NCBI GenBank assembly: GCA_051313645.2 | Contig: JBNRSN020000008.1 | Coordinates: forward strand, 121,706,001-121,770,000 | DNA from: Centroscyllium fabricii | Lineage: Eukaryota | DNA: 64,000 nt | Reading direction: 5' to 3' | Made by a program: the position numbers and the translations under genes | Shown here: positions 49,197 through 63,575 of the stretch, one piece after another | Numbering within the stretch: position 1 is the first letter of the stretch | Layout: each line of letters starts with the position of its first letter | Notes under the pieces: model-generated | Database searches by the model: none | What the model was told of the DNA's origin: nothing | The model's input: only the letters and a program-made list of their open reading frames with translations

Positions 49197-52100
49197 ATTA
49201 TGCCTAGGCGCATCCAAGGGGTTAATGCATAAAATGTCCCACCTTTAATTATTTGACCTTCTTAAATATGAAACAATCTTAATATTTAGTTTAATTAAAT
49301 GGGTCTTAACAAACTTAAACGAGTAATGTTCACTGTCTTTTTATTCTTGTATATACATCGCCCCGTTACTTCGCTTCTAGTCTGGAAAGAGAAACAGCTG
49401 AAAGGAAGGCAAAGAGTCAATGCGACCATGCCATAGGCTGGCCATTCAAAGTGGGACAAAAGCTGATGCAGCCCAACGCTTCTAAACAGCCATATTTGTT
49501 AGTCTTTCCCCTTTAGAATTTTAAAACATATTTAGCAACCTAATATTTCTCAAATGATAAAGACTTTTACATTTTATGATTATGTCCAGAAGAGGTGGTA
49601 AGATTCTATGTATCCTTTTATATTTGATTCGGCCACGTGATTTACTAAATAATTAATGCAGTACGTCCCGAAAGAAACACGGCGTCGTCATTAATCGGCC
49701 AAGCAAAGGACTCTATCACACTTGAAAAGTGAACAGATCCCAAGAATATTATATACAAATGGTCCGCTATCACACTTTGCTGTTGTAGTTCGTTGCCAGA
49801 AACTGAAAAATGGAAGCTTGGTAGGTAAACAATTTTAGTTTTGTTTCTGGTAAGATAGCAAATGAATGTAACTGTCATATATATTTGATGAATAGCGCCC
49901 TTCGCTTCTTACTATGTGCTACCAGGCGACAGTCATAAGTTGCAGTAGGCAGATATACTGACCTTCTATTCGGATTAGCTTTAACATTTTGGAGCAACTA
50001 TGATAAACTTCAGCTGCAAAAAAATTGTACCGGCTGCATTTTGGAGGTGGGGGGTAAACGTTAGTAAGACTGCGATGAGATTATTATTAAGGCGTAGTTG
50101 TGTGTCATGAAATGGCGTAGATTTTACGGTTTAGTTGTGCTTTATTGCAAACAATGCCGGCTGTCATGGCATCTGCTGCCTATTTGTACACAGCGAAATA
50201 GAGGCCTGAGCTTATGTTGAATACGACGAGTCATATATTTTGTTTTCTTTGAAACGTAATGGAAAGTCTGTAAATGAGATTCAAGCAGAACAATTTCAGG
50301 TACTTACGTATACAGAAAATATATTCATGGGCGTTTGGTGCTTTTTTTTAAATCGATGTTTTGCTTTAAAAGATGGAAGAAATGACTCCTTTGAACCTAC
50401 GGATTTTTTTTTTACAGTAAATGAGTATTTATTTCCTGCAATAGTCGGTTAAATGAGTATCCACATCACTGGAAGTGTGTGTTTGACTCATTCAGAGAAT
50501 GCATGCTAGAGATTAATGCCCAGAACAAGAACACGCTGTATTTTCACTATTGGTACATTTTATAAGGTAATAAACAGACACAATTCTAATTTGCTGAATC
50601 TATGTTAATACAACAGTACTAGGGAACCTTATTAAAGTATGCCTCACATATACATTATAGACAATACAATGCAGTGAAGTGCAAGCATGATATGGCTTTT
50701 TATTATTGACATTTTTACAGTTACGTGCAAAAGTTTTATGGGGTAAAAATGAAAAGCAAATGGTCAGTAAACATTTTCATTTGTAACATTGAACAGGAAT
50801 GTAAAACCTTACTGTAAAGAAAAGGGTGAGCATCCTGCATTCCAAAAGTATCATAATTGAAGCAGCCAAGAGTGCACTAGCATTGTAAACCAAGACAGAT
50901 TCTTCAATAACTGTAAATTACAGTGTAGGGTTTTAGTGGCATATCTTGACAGCTCTGTTCCTAAACCTCTCTCTAAAGGTGTAATTAAACTGTATAAATT
51001 ACTGTGGTAAATACAGATGTCTTTGAAAAAGGATTTTATTAAGTTGGTTGGAGATATTTTACAATATGAACTTCGGCGTTTATTGCTTCCGTTGCTTTTG
51101 TCACAGAACACTTCTGGAAATTGAATATGTGCTGTCGTCACGTGTGTAAAGTCGACGTTCGTTTCCTTTTTTAATAAATTATGCATTAAAACAATAACCT
51201 ATTAATTCAGTTATTCGCCGATGACAAATGCAGCGCTGTTTTACTGATGACAAAGCTGCGGTTGTGGCGCCAAGTTGCTATTTTTCCGACTCTCACTTCA
51301 ACTCAGTATCATCTACCGTTAAATTCTAATCCAGCAAAGAACCAGGCAGACAAGAATCAATGAAAACGCTTTAATTACAACTTTTTCATTAAATCGAAAT
51401 AAAGTATTATGGTGTGGGGGGTCAACAATTTCCAACCCTGCTATAAATCACTACTAGTAATTCCTGAAAGGGTGCAAGGCTGCCGAGGCCAGGCGAAGAT
51501 TGTAAATCTCTCCCTTGTATTGCTCGATGAACATATGCTGTGGTCGAAGACGTCTTCGGATCCCTATTTGATTATATTCCTCATAAAGCCGAGTTCCCAC
51601 AGTGGCAAGCATTAGCACTTAGTCGCTTCATCTTACTCTCCCCATAAAACTAGCAGCGAAGGTATTACTTGCCGTTATAAAATGGGCTGTTTACACTTTT
51701 GGCCTGAACAATATTATAACAGGAACTACTTCAAAGTCACAAACATGGATACATTAAACAACACAAAAGATTTATTGTCTTTACAAAATCCCATAACACA
51801 ATCGTCAGACGACAGAGATTCGAACTTACTCAACATAGTTTTTGAACGAACGTAATGCTTCAGCTAAACAATGAGATGTAACTGTTTCTTAAAATATAAT
51901 TTATAATGCAGTAATTGCAAAGCAATATTTCTATAACGACCATACAGAGCCACAGAGGGTAAAGTAATTTAGATAAATGTTGCATTAAGCCAGCACTAGG
52001 TGCAATAAGGTCATGCATTACTGTCAATAGAAATGTTTTTTATTGCTATTAAATTACAGACAAATGTTTCAGATATTAAAAACAGTTTGAAGTAGCATTT

Positions 52101-53062
52101 AACAGAAATATTAAGCAATTCGATAGGATGCAACTGAAAATTAATTTTCCATAACTAGAAACGTTGAATTTCAGCAAAGCAATTGCAGGAAAAAACAACA
52201 TAAGAACGGAGACAGAATGAACCAATATCCAACGCCCCGGTTTTGTGATACATTTGTATAACTAGAAGTTGCCACTGGTTCCTGTGATTTAAATTACTTC
52301 ACCTGAAAGAGAAAGGGAAAATCCCGCATTAATTCCTAGCACACAGACATCAATTTCACTACATAAAACTACAGTTACGGACGATGATTAATTTGCCATC
52401 CCAGAAAAGAGGAGAGATTGAGTTTCTCGGAAGCCTTATCTGCTGCAGAATTCTATATTTCTAACGGCGCCTCTCAACCGGTTCAAATTCTAATCAGGAT
52501 AAAGAAAAAGTCCAATTCATTGGCGTATTTTAGTGTGAGCACTCCACAATATTTAACCTAAATATATGCTTGTTGTTGTTCCAATGCAGAATTCGTCGTT
52601 TTATTCGAAGCTTTTGTGTTGGTTTTGAGGTCAATTGACATATCTGGTTTGGAAAATACTAACATATTTTAAACCGAATTAAGTATTTTATATAAATACG
52701 TCGCCTTAGTTATACATATCTACAAATCTGATTCTACAAAAATAATACTTTTTTAGTTTCATTGCATAAATGAGTGCAATAATTAACTCAACACACCGCG
52801 AGGAATGATGATATACAATATACAACTCTAGAAGCTGTGAAATAGCAATAAAATACAAATCTATTGTTCAGATTAGTAAACGTGGTACTGTTCTGAAAGA
52901 CGGTGCCAGTGAAGTCTAACCTCACAATGTTTTTTCAAGTACAGCACAGAATATTTAATTTTCACTCAGCTCCCCATTAGTGTTAATGTAAGAAGTGACT
53001 CAAAGCCCCAAACAATCCATATTAAAGAGATGTTAGTGAGGTAGCGCTGGCTCAACTTACTG

Positions 53063-53489
53063 GCTCAATCAGAGCAATCTGGTAACACAGATCACGTGAA
53101 CAAATATGCCTGTATCTTAAGGCAGCGCCTATATTTTCTGATTATAAAAGGTATCCGTTGCACTATAAAATTCATAAATTGCAACTTTTTAAAGGAATAC
53201 CTACCGGTTTATAAATACCACTTCCTCGTTGGATGTTCGATTATAAAGTCTCGATATAGATTTAAAGCTAAAGCATCTCTGTACGCCGTTTTTATTGGTA
53301 GCTGTCCCTGAGACTGAAGCCATTTCTATCGGGAATAGCGTCTGCATTTGGTATCGAAATGTCTGTAAAACCGCAAGATCTGGTTTAAGACAGCATTGTC
53401 TGCAGACAAACGGCAGAGGATATTATTCGCAGCTGCAGGCTAAGAGATTGAGTTTGAGACGCACAGATTTATGATAAATTGACACACAG
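53063..53489 (+). promoter_or_regulatory. HoxD3 promoter and non-coding first exon
   Basis: TCAATCAG, ATCACGTGAACAAATATGC (E-box, Hox3-promoter-like), TATAAAA boxes near 53143 and 53164, and a strong donor CAG|GTAAGC at 53490. Confidence 0.7.
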
Positions 53490-54593
53490 GTAAGCAATCG
53501 TATGATAAAATGCAACCTTTAGCAGTAGGTTTGCATAATGCCTTCAGCAAGAGAGCATATTTTTCATGCAAAATTGTATGAAATTCTGATACAAACTAGT
53601 GTATTGTTTCCATTTCAGCAGCAGATTAGAAAAATGATTTTGTAGCAAAGAATGGTGATTTATAAAGAACATTTTGCTGTTTCACGAAAGTGCGCAATTT
53701 GAGAAAGGTTAGATCAGACAAACCAGAGCAGTCCCAGATTTGTCTTGTGGCTGTATTTTAGCTGATTCTGCGGTTTTATGTAAAAGGAAAACGAAATAAA
53801 AAGGCATAGAAACCCAGGGAACTTTTCAAACTGTCACTAGCAAACTTAGATCGTAAATCACATTAATTTGTTGTCTCTAGCTTATCGTCAGGCTGCAGTC
53901 TTCTTTGATTTATGCGCTTCAGAAATATATTGCGGGCTAAAGTTATTGCAGCAGCCTGTATAAATTATTTCTCAATTAATGTTATTGTCGTTCAAAGAAA
54001 ACAATTTGTGAATTTCTAGGAACTCAGTATATCCGTATTTTTTAAATATATTAAATATAAAATATCGAATATTATTTTAACTCATAATAATCGTGTCAGA
54101 AGATAGTCTCTATAATAGATTAAATTCAATATTCTTGTAGTTATGCACTTCACTATTAACCAGCTTGTGTGGATGCTCAGAAACAAAATCATCCTGTTTC
54201 AATCGTATTTCCTGGTGTCTAGGCGACGTTCCAGTGGAATTTAAATATTAAATGTTAACTTAGTTATTTCTGTTCCAGTTCCAGAAACGCGTTCACTTAC
54301 TTTTATTAATTGCTATCCCGAATACAACTGTATTTTGTTCCAATTTTAAAACACAAAACGCCTTATAATTCCCACGTTTAGACATAATATCTTAATGTCA
54401 TTACAGTACATAAGATATTGGTCTGATGTAAACAGAATGTAGGATCCGGAGTGTGATTGAAGTTGCTTTCTTTTAATTCAATTTTTAAAGCCAATAGAAC
54501 TATAGTGTTATTCGTTGTAATTTTATTGTTAATAATGGAGGAAGTTTCCTTTTTTCTTAATGAAAATCTGTACTCGTAAATTGTCCAAATCCA

Positions 54594-54612
54594 TGTGTGT
54601 GTGTGTGTGTGT
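54594..54612. repeat. (TG)n microsatellite
   Basis: About 9 TG units. Confidence 0.85.
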
Positions 54613-56991
54613 ATGTGGATTTGGACATTTTCTCAGAATGTCCACAGGTATAAAAGTTGTTTCGCAACGTGCATATGTGCTTTGCTCGGTAAAAACTTTT
54701 GAGTCGAACATTTTTCATTGCTCCATGCCTCGAAGCTGCTGGGCTGCCATGTTAGTCAGCTGAATCCAATTACTGTGAGTAGCATTTCATTTTGCTCGAT
54801 GGGGCCACTCACTTATAACTTCACCTAAAATTTCAATAAACCTCTCTACAGCTCACGTCATGGTAACTCGCAACATTCGCTTGATAGTGTGGCTTTAAAA
54901 CTTTTCATCTCGGAATAAAGTCAAAACTTTTAAGGCACCACGTACAGTAACCGCCTTGGACTTATAGACAGACCCAACTCCATTATGCTCTGGTAGACAG
55001 CAAAAGTAATAAACACGTAATCATTCCCAAGTTTTTCTGCCAACTCAGTTTAGCAATTTAGGAAAGTGACAAAGAAAGTTTTCAAAACTTTTCGACGTAT
55101 TCATTCTGCTAAACGGTTAGTCTGCTTATACGTGTTTAGGGTGGTAAAATGAGAGCTCCCTCACACTGCTGCGAAATTAATAAGCAAGATGTTTCAAAAC
55201 TTACCGTCCAGATCATAGCTGAGCACACTTAAGTTATCAATAACAGCTTGAAAGCAACCAAGTGTTTAAAGATTGTCGACTGTACTCGCTTTCCTTGGAA
55301 CGTAGCGACTTTACCCTGAAATTACTTTACTTACTTCCAGTGATTACAGAGAAATAAAAGCTTTTCAATTGACGTATGGCCACGTGAATACATTACACAC
55401 ATTATGGTGGGAGGCATTGGACCGAGGACCTGATGCCTTGCCGACTGTGATTTGGATCCTCTTCCAACTTCAAATTATATCGACACAAGTTGGTGAGACT
55501 AGTTTGTAAAGTGCTGCGCCTTAGTGGGATTAAAGAAGGACAGAAAAGCCATGGTGAAGTTATGTGCTGGGCTGTATTGTGAGGTAGTGGAGGCGCTTCC
55601 GTTGGTTGTTCATTAAGTGGTGAGTTATTGCTGTACAAGCCAAAGGTCATTTCAAAGGCTTATGACTCTACATATTGTCAGCTAATGACCGCGATTTCTT
55701 TGTGCATTTGATCTGCCACTGTTGCTGTTTTCCTTAAACGTGTTTCCAAATTTTAAGCATGTGTTTTGAATTGATATAAAATTCACTAAAATACAGTTTA
55801 TGCACGACTTCAGCTTGTGTTCGCCTCTTCCACATTGATTTGGAGTTCGGAGCCTGTTTCGAGGCTCCAGCGATGCTGTATTGTTGCATTTTAGTTACTT
55901 TTTGTATAACCAAGCTGCTTATTGCGCGTATTATGATCATGCCTGATCGATATAAAATAATACATGCTGTTTGGTATCCCAATGACAAAGCATAACCAAC
56001 CGCCTGTCAATAGAATGCATTATTCATGAGTTTTATACATGGCGCCAGGCTCTTTCTTGCGAACCTCCATATTTGTATTGTTATGTTGGCTTGTTTTCAA
56101 AATGTTCGACAACAGTGGTAGGTTTTCCTTAAACGCATATAGTTAAACAGCAACGAGAAAAGAAATACTTATTTATTTTTGTAAAGAAGAATGTTGATAG
56201 TGTCAGTTTACAGATAGTGGTTTGGCGCAGGTTCGAGCAGACAAAAAGGCTGCATGATATAAAATTGTGGTTCTTATTTAATGCTCTGTTCAGACCCAGC
56301 TTCCATTAGAAGGCCACCACAGAACCATGTATTTTCATACCAGGTGCAGTAGGCCCCAAAATATCAAGCTCATTGGGTAATAAGTCCACCCTCGAGGCAC
56401 ATTTCTGGCACTTTAAATGGGAGTTTCATATGAAATGCTCGGTGCTATTAATAGATTTATGTTACCGTAATAACAATTTGAATTATGACAATAGCTTGAA
56501 ATAAATGACTTGTTATTGTGTATTCAAATTATCGGGAGGCATCTTTGTCAAATACGTCCCAAAAAAACCAAATTACGTATTCTAATCATTACCAAAATTA
56601 AAGCTATTTGACCCGTTCTTTCGTTGTTTTTTGAATTCACTGACAATGCGGCTCGCGTTCATTAATCACACAACATTGCTATTCAGTAACATCGTGTTTC
56701 TAATTTCTGGAGGAAATAAAGTGATGTCTAGTATTTTGTAAATAAAAGTAATGTCAAATGCCATAGTTATTGGATTAAAGCCCACAAGGAAACATAGTTT
56801 TTTTCCACACATTTTATGTAAATAATAAAGCCAATACATTGTGTAAGAACAAAAGTGAATCTGCACGGCCTTTTTCAAGTTCTTTTCCTTTCTTTGTTTG
56901 ATAGCAGCCAGGAAGATTACCTAAATATATAGGATATAGAGAAATAGTATTAGTAGCTTTGAAAGTATTTAATTACATTTTCTTCTTTCAG

Positions 56992-57062
56992 AACAAAGCC
57001 AGCGGCCTCTGGTCAATCCAGACAGATTCCAAATCCAAGCCAAAGAAAAGCAGACAGATGTG
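56992..57062 (+). other. Candidate internal 5'UTR exon of HoxD3 (71 nt)
   Basis: Acceptor TTTTCTTCTTTCAG ends at 56991 and donor TG|GTAAGT starts at 57063. It lies between the HoxD3 promoter and the coding exon. Confidence 0.65.
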
Positions 57063-59461
57063 GTAAGTTGTTTCACTTTTCTCTCCTTTCCGCTTTCAGC
57101 AACACTGAATTCGGTGTTCCGTTGGACTCTGTGTGTTCAATAAATAACTGAGATTTACCCATGGTGAATTAGTTCAAGGTTTTATATCTTAACCACCAGA
57201 ACACATAGAGCAGAAATGAAACGCATTCTTTGAACACGCAGGGACCTGATCCTGTTTTCTTCATTTGTGGCTATCCTCGAGTTTTCCGCCTGTGAATCTG
57301 CTTCTACTGTGTGCTAGAACCATTACTTTTGTAAAATAATCGGTAATTCTGATAACTTGGTCTGCATCATGTTAACACGTCTGGATTGCAAATCATAAAG
57401 GCCTTCACAAGAACCAACAACATTGAACACGGGATTAAATGACATTTTAGTTGAGCTAATCACTTTATGGCAACTCTTAATGCACATAATAAGGTATGTT
57501 TATAGTCAATATGCTAATCTATGTGCGTGTCGGTAAATCTGCAATCTTTAGAAGGGGAAAGATTTCTGAAGCGTTGAAAGTGATTCGTTCGAAGTGTAAT
57601 ATTCCCACCCGTTACTTTCACTCCAGTTCTACAAGCATTATTGTTTAATCTTCCCCGCTCAGTTTCAACTTGATATATTAGTTTTCATCCCTTTCTTTTG
57701 CAACTCACATCACACTTCGACAAGACGCCGACACATTTGCTCTATCAAATACCTGGCTTATAATGTAATCGTGTTGTACATTGGAGTCATATTTGTGGAC
57801 AAGGACAGATTGTGACTTGGAGATAGGGACTGCACAATTCATGCAACGTTTACAGTCTACCGTGAATGTGTTTATCGCACTTACTGTATATAAAATAAAA
57901 TAAATTTCATTAAAAATAAGTTAAAAGCTGAATGGGGTGAATATCGGTTTTGTGTGCGGATCTTGCCGCTTCGCTTTGCAAACCTGGATTATTGTACTAG
58001 GGACATTGGGAAAATGCAGCAGAAGGCAATTTAAAACAAAGTTCTTCGATGTCCACAGTTAGGAACCAGCCGCAGATCTGGAAGAGATTGCGTGATCCAA
58101 GATGAAATATGATCAGATGTGCATGTCCAACCAGATTCCTTGCCAGAACTGATCCGCAAAGTACAAACATAATCAGCATTGTTAGTTTACAACATTAATC
58201 TGCCTCTTCTGGCGAGTGATAGCTGAAGGCAACAAATATTTGAGCAGGATTTTTAACAAACTATATCGCATGATTAAGTAAGTTCTGAAATGTTGTAGGA
58301 TTAGTTACAATTGAAAATAACTAAGCATACATAACTAATAACATTGCACTGAACACGCCCGCCAGACAGAGTAGAATAAAAAAGCCTTTTTCCCATTTGC
58401 CCCCCTTTTTCTCCCGACTTCATACCTGAAATCAAACCATTGATTTCAAATTTGGCTCCCAGCTGGCGCTTATCAAAGACAATTCCTCCCGCTCGAGCCA
58501 TGCGGTTCTGCTAGCTGCGGAAAGCTTGTGGTCGGAGAGGGATTTTAAATTCCCTGGCAACTTTCAATGGTTTATATATAATCCTGCAAGAGCTGGCGAA
58601 ACGCCTCGTAGATAAGAAACTTGCGGAGTATGGGCATTCTTTTTCTGGTCTTTCCTCCTACGCTCTCGCTGTTTTACACTTCTGAAGATAGCAAGTCTTT
58701 GGAAAGTGTTTTTCTTTTCATTCTGTAGTGAAGCGTTTACGACCAGAGCACTGGCAGTCATAAATTTTGCGTAGCACACATTGACAGGTGCATTGATATG
58801 CACTGTGAGGGCTCTAGCTTCTTAATAACAGCGAACGGCCCACCTTTATAGATGGCTTTTCCATTTTAGGCTACTCTACTAATATTAGACTGAAAATTAA
58901 AAGAAAACGGAAAGCGATTATTTGCTCAGTGTTTAAACGATAGAAACTGCCGTTCAATGGTCTGGCCTCAGATACATAAAACAGTACAAGTGAGATAAAA
59001 TAATGGATCTTAACACACAGTAAATAGATAGGGAAAATGTGACGAATGATGTGGGTTTGATATTGTCTTGTGTCTGTATTAAAGTAGTTTTAACTTTTGA
59101 AACCTCGCACACCATGCTTGAAACGTGCGACAATGGACAATGGAAATTGAGCTGGTTGACTTCAAACCTTTCACGGTGCATGTGGCACCGTTACCTCCTT
59201 CGCTCTTCCAGTTTTCGTCAGTTTTGCAGTAAGACTTGCCATTTATATTGACCAAACGTACTTAATAACTCGCTACTTTAGTTTTCGGCCATGGGCCCCA
59301 CGATTGCAGACAATGTATTCGAAAACGCACCCAAAAAAGTGGTGATGGCCCATACCAAGGTGTTACTTATCAAATCTTTGTATTAGGTGATGCATTTAGA
59401 AAACATGGAAGGTAAGAAAGATCTGAAAGATGAACGCAGAAACAGTTGACCATTGTCCAAA

Positions 59462-59505
59462 TGATTTATGGCCCATGGCTGCGATTGAGGTTCAAGCAGA
59501 GTTCA
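59462..59505 (+). promoter_or_regulatory. Hox3 upstream enhancer: Pbx/Hox site + DR5 RARE
   Basis: TGATTTATGG at 59462 and GGTTCA-agcag-AGTTCA at 59489-59505, like the DR5 conserved upstream of group-3 genes. Confidence 0.8.
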
Positions 59506-60378
59506 CAAGCAGTTGGTGTTTCTAAACCAGATCTGCCGCTTCACCACAGCCTTTTCACAATACCTTAACAGTAATGTTAGTTTTGATATTCTAGAGATAG
59601 CGCCTTCAAATGCACTACAGACGGGAAGGCTGGCTGCAGTGGCGAAGGTTCAGACCCCATGGCAGTAAATAATACTGGGTTACTTTCTTATCGCTTACAC
59701 ATAACGCAGATTAGATGGGGAGAGGGGTGGGGGTGAACAGAAATGTAATTAGATTTCAGATAAATAACCAAGGAAAGGGCAGAAATATAATGCCAAATTT
59801 ATTAAATTAAAATGGCGAGCATGGATAGGAAATGAAAGCTGGATAACAAAAGAAAACAAAATATAAAGAAACACATAGAAACAAACAACATCGAGCAGGA
59901 AAGCAAAACATTGAATGACATTTTTTCTTAAAGGAACAGCTGAGATGTGCACGTGTGCCTGGCTGCAACTTTGGAGGCCGCAGATCATAAACCTCATATT
60001 TCATTATAATGTCAGGTCTTGTATGGCTGAAGGCTTTTTCTAAATGAATAGAAAATCTATTTGTGACGTGATATAGTAGCCAGATAAGTCATACGTCCAA
60101 TGGCTGTGATGGTTTATACAGCAATATGTTTTATTTAAATGATTTTGCAGACTGGGTATTATACTTAAAACTTAAAACCCCAGCCAATCATTTTCGTGTA
60201 ACGTTTCAAGTTTATATATTTCATGGTGATTTGTTTTAATGCGCGTTTTGATCATTTAATTCCAGTCGCAGCAATAACCTCCCAGTTTAACAAATAACTC
60301 AGGGCAACCTAACTCCGAGAACAAGGTACCATGCTTCCATCAAAAAGGTTTGGCTTTATTGCTGAGCAACCCCCGCAA

Positions 60379-60401
60379 CCCCCCCCCCCCCCCCCCCCCC
60401 C
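60379..60401. repeat. Poly-C tract (23 nt)
   Basis: Homopolymer. Confidence 0.95.
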
Positions 60402-62036
60402 GAGTTCATGCAGCCATCGGCTTGTTGGGAGGTCTCCTCACGACATTAGATACATACTTTAAAAAAGTCTCCTGTCCAGAGATTGCGAGAAATAAAATAC
60501 AATTCGTTTACTAATACATTCTCAAAAACCTAAGGATTGTTCAGCAGAGTGGTGTTAGGGTGGGAAAAGATCTAGACAGCATATATATAATATATCAATA
60601 TTTTGTAAAAAGAGGATGTTCAATAGTTGATAAGTAATATAGTGTGTGTAGCGGCTATTGCTACCGTAACAATAGTCTGATCTTTCATTGTCTCAAATCG
60701 ATTCTAATATTATGGAACGTTTATTAACTTAAAGGTTGACGGATAGTAAAGGCTAAGCATAAACATTCATTCGCTGATTTTTTTTGTTTCAATTTAGCTT
60801 CGTATGATGATTTTTTTCGTTATACATGTGCTAAAATGATCATTTTATTCAGTAATATGTGATATTTTGCCGACAACTGCATAAACTAAAGCCGATGTAA
60901 GCAGCAGAGTGCAGATGTAAAATGCTGACTTGCTTATTTCTCTGTTTTAATTAGAACAAAGAGATTGAATAGGTACTAGTTACACTTTAACTACTCGGCC
61001 TGTCCTCTGTCATAACGCAGAAAGATGTAACAGAAAGAAGCACATTCGCTTCACACAAACCTCTCTTACGTTGAAGAAAAAGAAACCAACAATGGCGAGG
61101 GAACACTTCGCTGGTTTTTCAGGTTTTGGAACTGGTCCGATCCATCATGTCCTGTGTAACACTGTCTAGATCACAAATAAAACGGTCTGTACCCACAGCA
61201 AATGCTGCAGGCAAATAAGTCGCCTGTGACTATGGTATTTTCGCTTTTTTAAGAGGGGCCTTTTTTGGTTCTCACCATTATAAAAATGGCCTCAATCAGT
61301 GAAGCCATCTGGAATAGCACTGTGTGTCCCACCGAGGTCCACTTATATCAAGCATGACTGGGACATATTTAGCGTTCTTTCACTTCTATTGCTTTGAGGC
61401 TCTAGAATAATAAAGCCATGGTATAAAATTGCTTGTTTTCCATATGATGTGAAATATTTCACATGATGGAGTTTATTATATTTTATAACAGTCTGTTATA
61501 TTATTGTTTGTTAAAAAATCAAAACAGTGTATTTATAGGAGGATCATTTGTCTGTAATAGATATTAATAGGCGAGTAATGCATCATGTATTGAAATATTA
61601 ATCAATAGCTATCGAAGTGCAATGCAATAGCAATCATTTATACATCATTTAAACTATAAATATTTTCTACAGGTTTTGAAAATAGTTACTTCAAGAGCTG
61701 ATTTTACAAATTGAAACTAATTCCTCAGATCTCAGGAAGGCTTAAACATCTTGTAAAATTATAAAAGGTTCCAGAATTTGCCAAATAATATATTATACAT
61801 TTTAGCAACTTACTAATTGTCTCATAAAATACTCATTCTTAGACTTGCAAAAGAAGAAAAATCTAATTCTGCTAACCGATGTAATATGAGATTTTATTTC
61901 TGGAATGCGGTTTTATGCTTTACACACTGGACTATGAGGTCCTAATGTTTCACCATTATTGTCTATTGCCTCATAACCTCTAGGACTGCTGCAGACTGGC
62001 GATTGGTGTAACAGTGCCACGTGATCGAAGGTGTCA

Positions 62037-62520
62037 ATGCTATTCGATAAGGGTGTCAAGACCCTGTCATTTCGAAATAGCGAGATGCAAAAAACGACTT
62101 ACTATGATAACTCCGGAATATTCGGCGGTTACTCCTACCAAAAGACCAACGCATACAGCTACAGCTCTAGTCACCAGGCCTACCCGCCATCGTCTGTTGA
62201 AAATGATTATCAGAGCTCGACGTGCCCCATTCAGACATCTAGTGTCAGAGCCCCAAACCATAAGCCCGCAGATATAAATGGCAGCTGTATGAGAACAAGT
62301 GGCAGTCAGGGCAATGCCCAGCCCCCAAGCATCAATGAGCCACAGCAGCCACCTCCTTTGCCACCCTCACCCAATGCAAGCAACACCTCAACACAGAAAA
62401 GAACCAAGTCTATTCCAAATTCTTCTGCCAGCCCAGCTGCTACTCTCACCAAGCAGATCTTCCCATGGATGAAAGAGTCGCGTCAAAATGCCAAGCAGAA
62501 AAACAACTGCACAGTTGCAG
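62037..62520 (+). CDS. hoxd3: Homeobox protein Hox-D3, first coding exon (homeobox exon lies beyond the window)
   Basis: [34 protein letters not shown]...INGSCMR...[18 protein letters not shown] matches HOXD3 (MLF...MQK). Probable acceptor CTCTAG ends at 61983; donor CAG|GTATC at 62521. Confidence 0.95.
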
Positions 62521-62829
62521 GTATCCGTCAGCGGTTCACTTTTTTCAACTTTAAGCCGGCTAGTCTCTTAACAATTAGAAATAAAGTTTATCAAAAGAAT
62601 GTCACACGTAGATGGGAGTCATTTCCCTCTATTTTACTTCTAATGACTGGGAGAGTAAAGGGATCGTTACATATTTTCTGGGCATTGCATACAAAATTTT
62701 AGGGGTAGATTGTAAGCCATTGTATCCTTAGTGATCACGACAATAATGTGGACATATTAAAACATTCATGTTGAGTAACTGACATATTCTGGGAGGATTG
62801 ATCAGGAGAAAGGGGACTGGCAGAAATTA

Positions 62830-63002
62830 CTGTCTATTGCTAAGTCCACAGTAATAAGATGCAATTATTTGGGCCATTGCCAAGAATTGCATATATTAGG
62901 ATTTTGATTCTCAAACATCACATGGTGAAATCCTAATATATGCAATTCTTGGAGATGGCCCAAATAATTGCATCTTATTACTGTGGACTTAGCAATAGAC
63001 AG
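62830..63002. repeat. Long near-perfect inverted repeat (75-bp arms, 23-nt loop)
   Basis: 62830-62904 is the reverse complement of 62928-63002 at 73 of 75 positions. Confidence 0.97.
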
Positions 63003-63575
63003 ACCAGAACCTAATACAGTATATTCATATCAAGAATTTGCTTGTATCGCTTTTACATATAAATTAATTTGGTTGTATTTGATCTTATCTTATCCTTTCG
63101 CTCATTCACATTGCCTGTAAATGCAAAAGTTTGAGCACATATGACATAAGTATGGTATATGATAGAAATACTTTTAATGGGAACCATCCTTCATATTCTA
63201 ATTGTGTTCTCGTGGGTATTACCAATAACTGCACATTAAATGAGAATAGCTAAATACTGTTCAACTTTTACAATAAAATAAAATACATATCAAGATGGCT
63301 ACACATTTCATCCTATTATTACATGGTAACAGAATATTAATCAACCTTTTACTTCCAAACTATGCACAAAAAAGAATTAAACTTTTCTACTCCAATGTAA
63401 TATTTTCTTTGGGGTGGATATGCTAATCAACCCAGATTTAAGGTAGTTACCTTCACAGATCAGACTAAATGAAAGCTGGGAAACAATAATAAGCACGTCT
63501 TATGTTACAAAATTAAAGGTAAATACATTTAAGTAAATATTTTCATTAAAATTAATCAATGTAAAATTTATGTTT

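Noticed and set aside
62521-62702. C-terminal part of the 223-aa HoxD3 ORF
   Set aside because: Intron read-through after the donor, with no Hox3 similarity.
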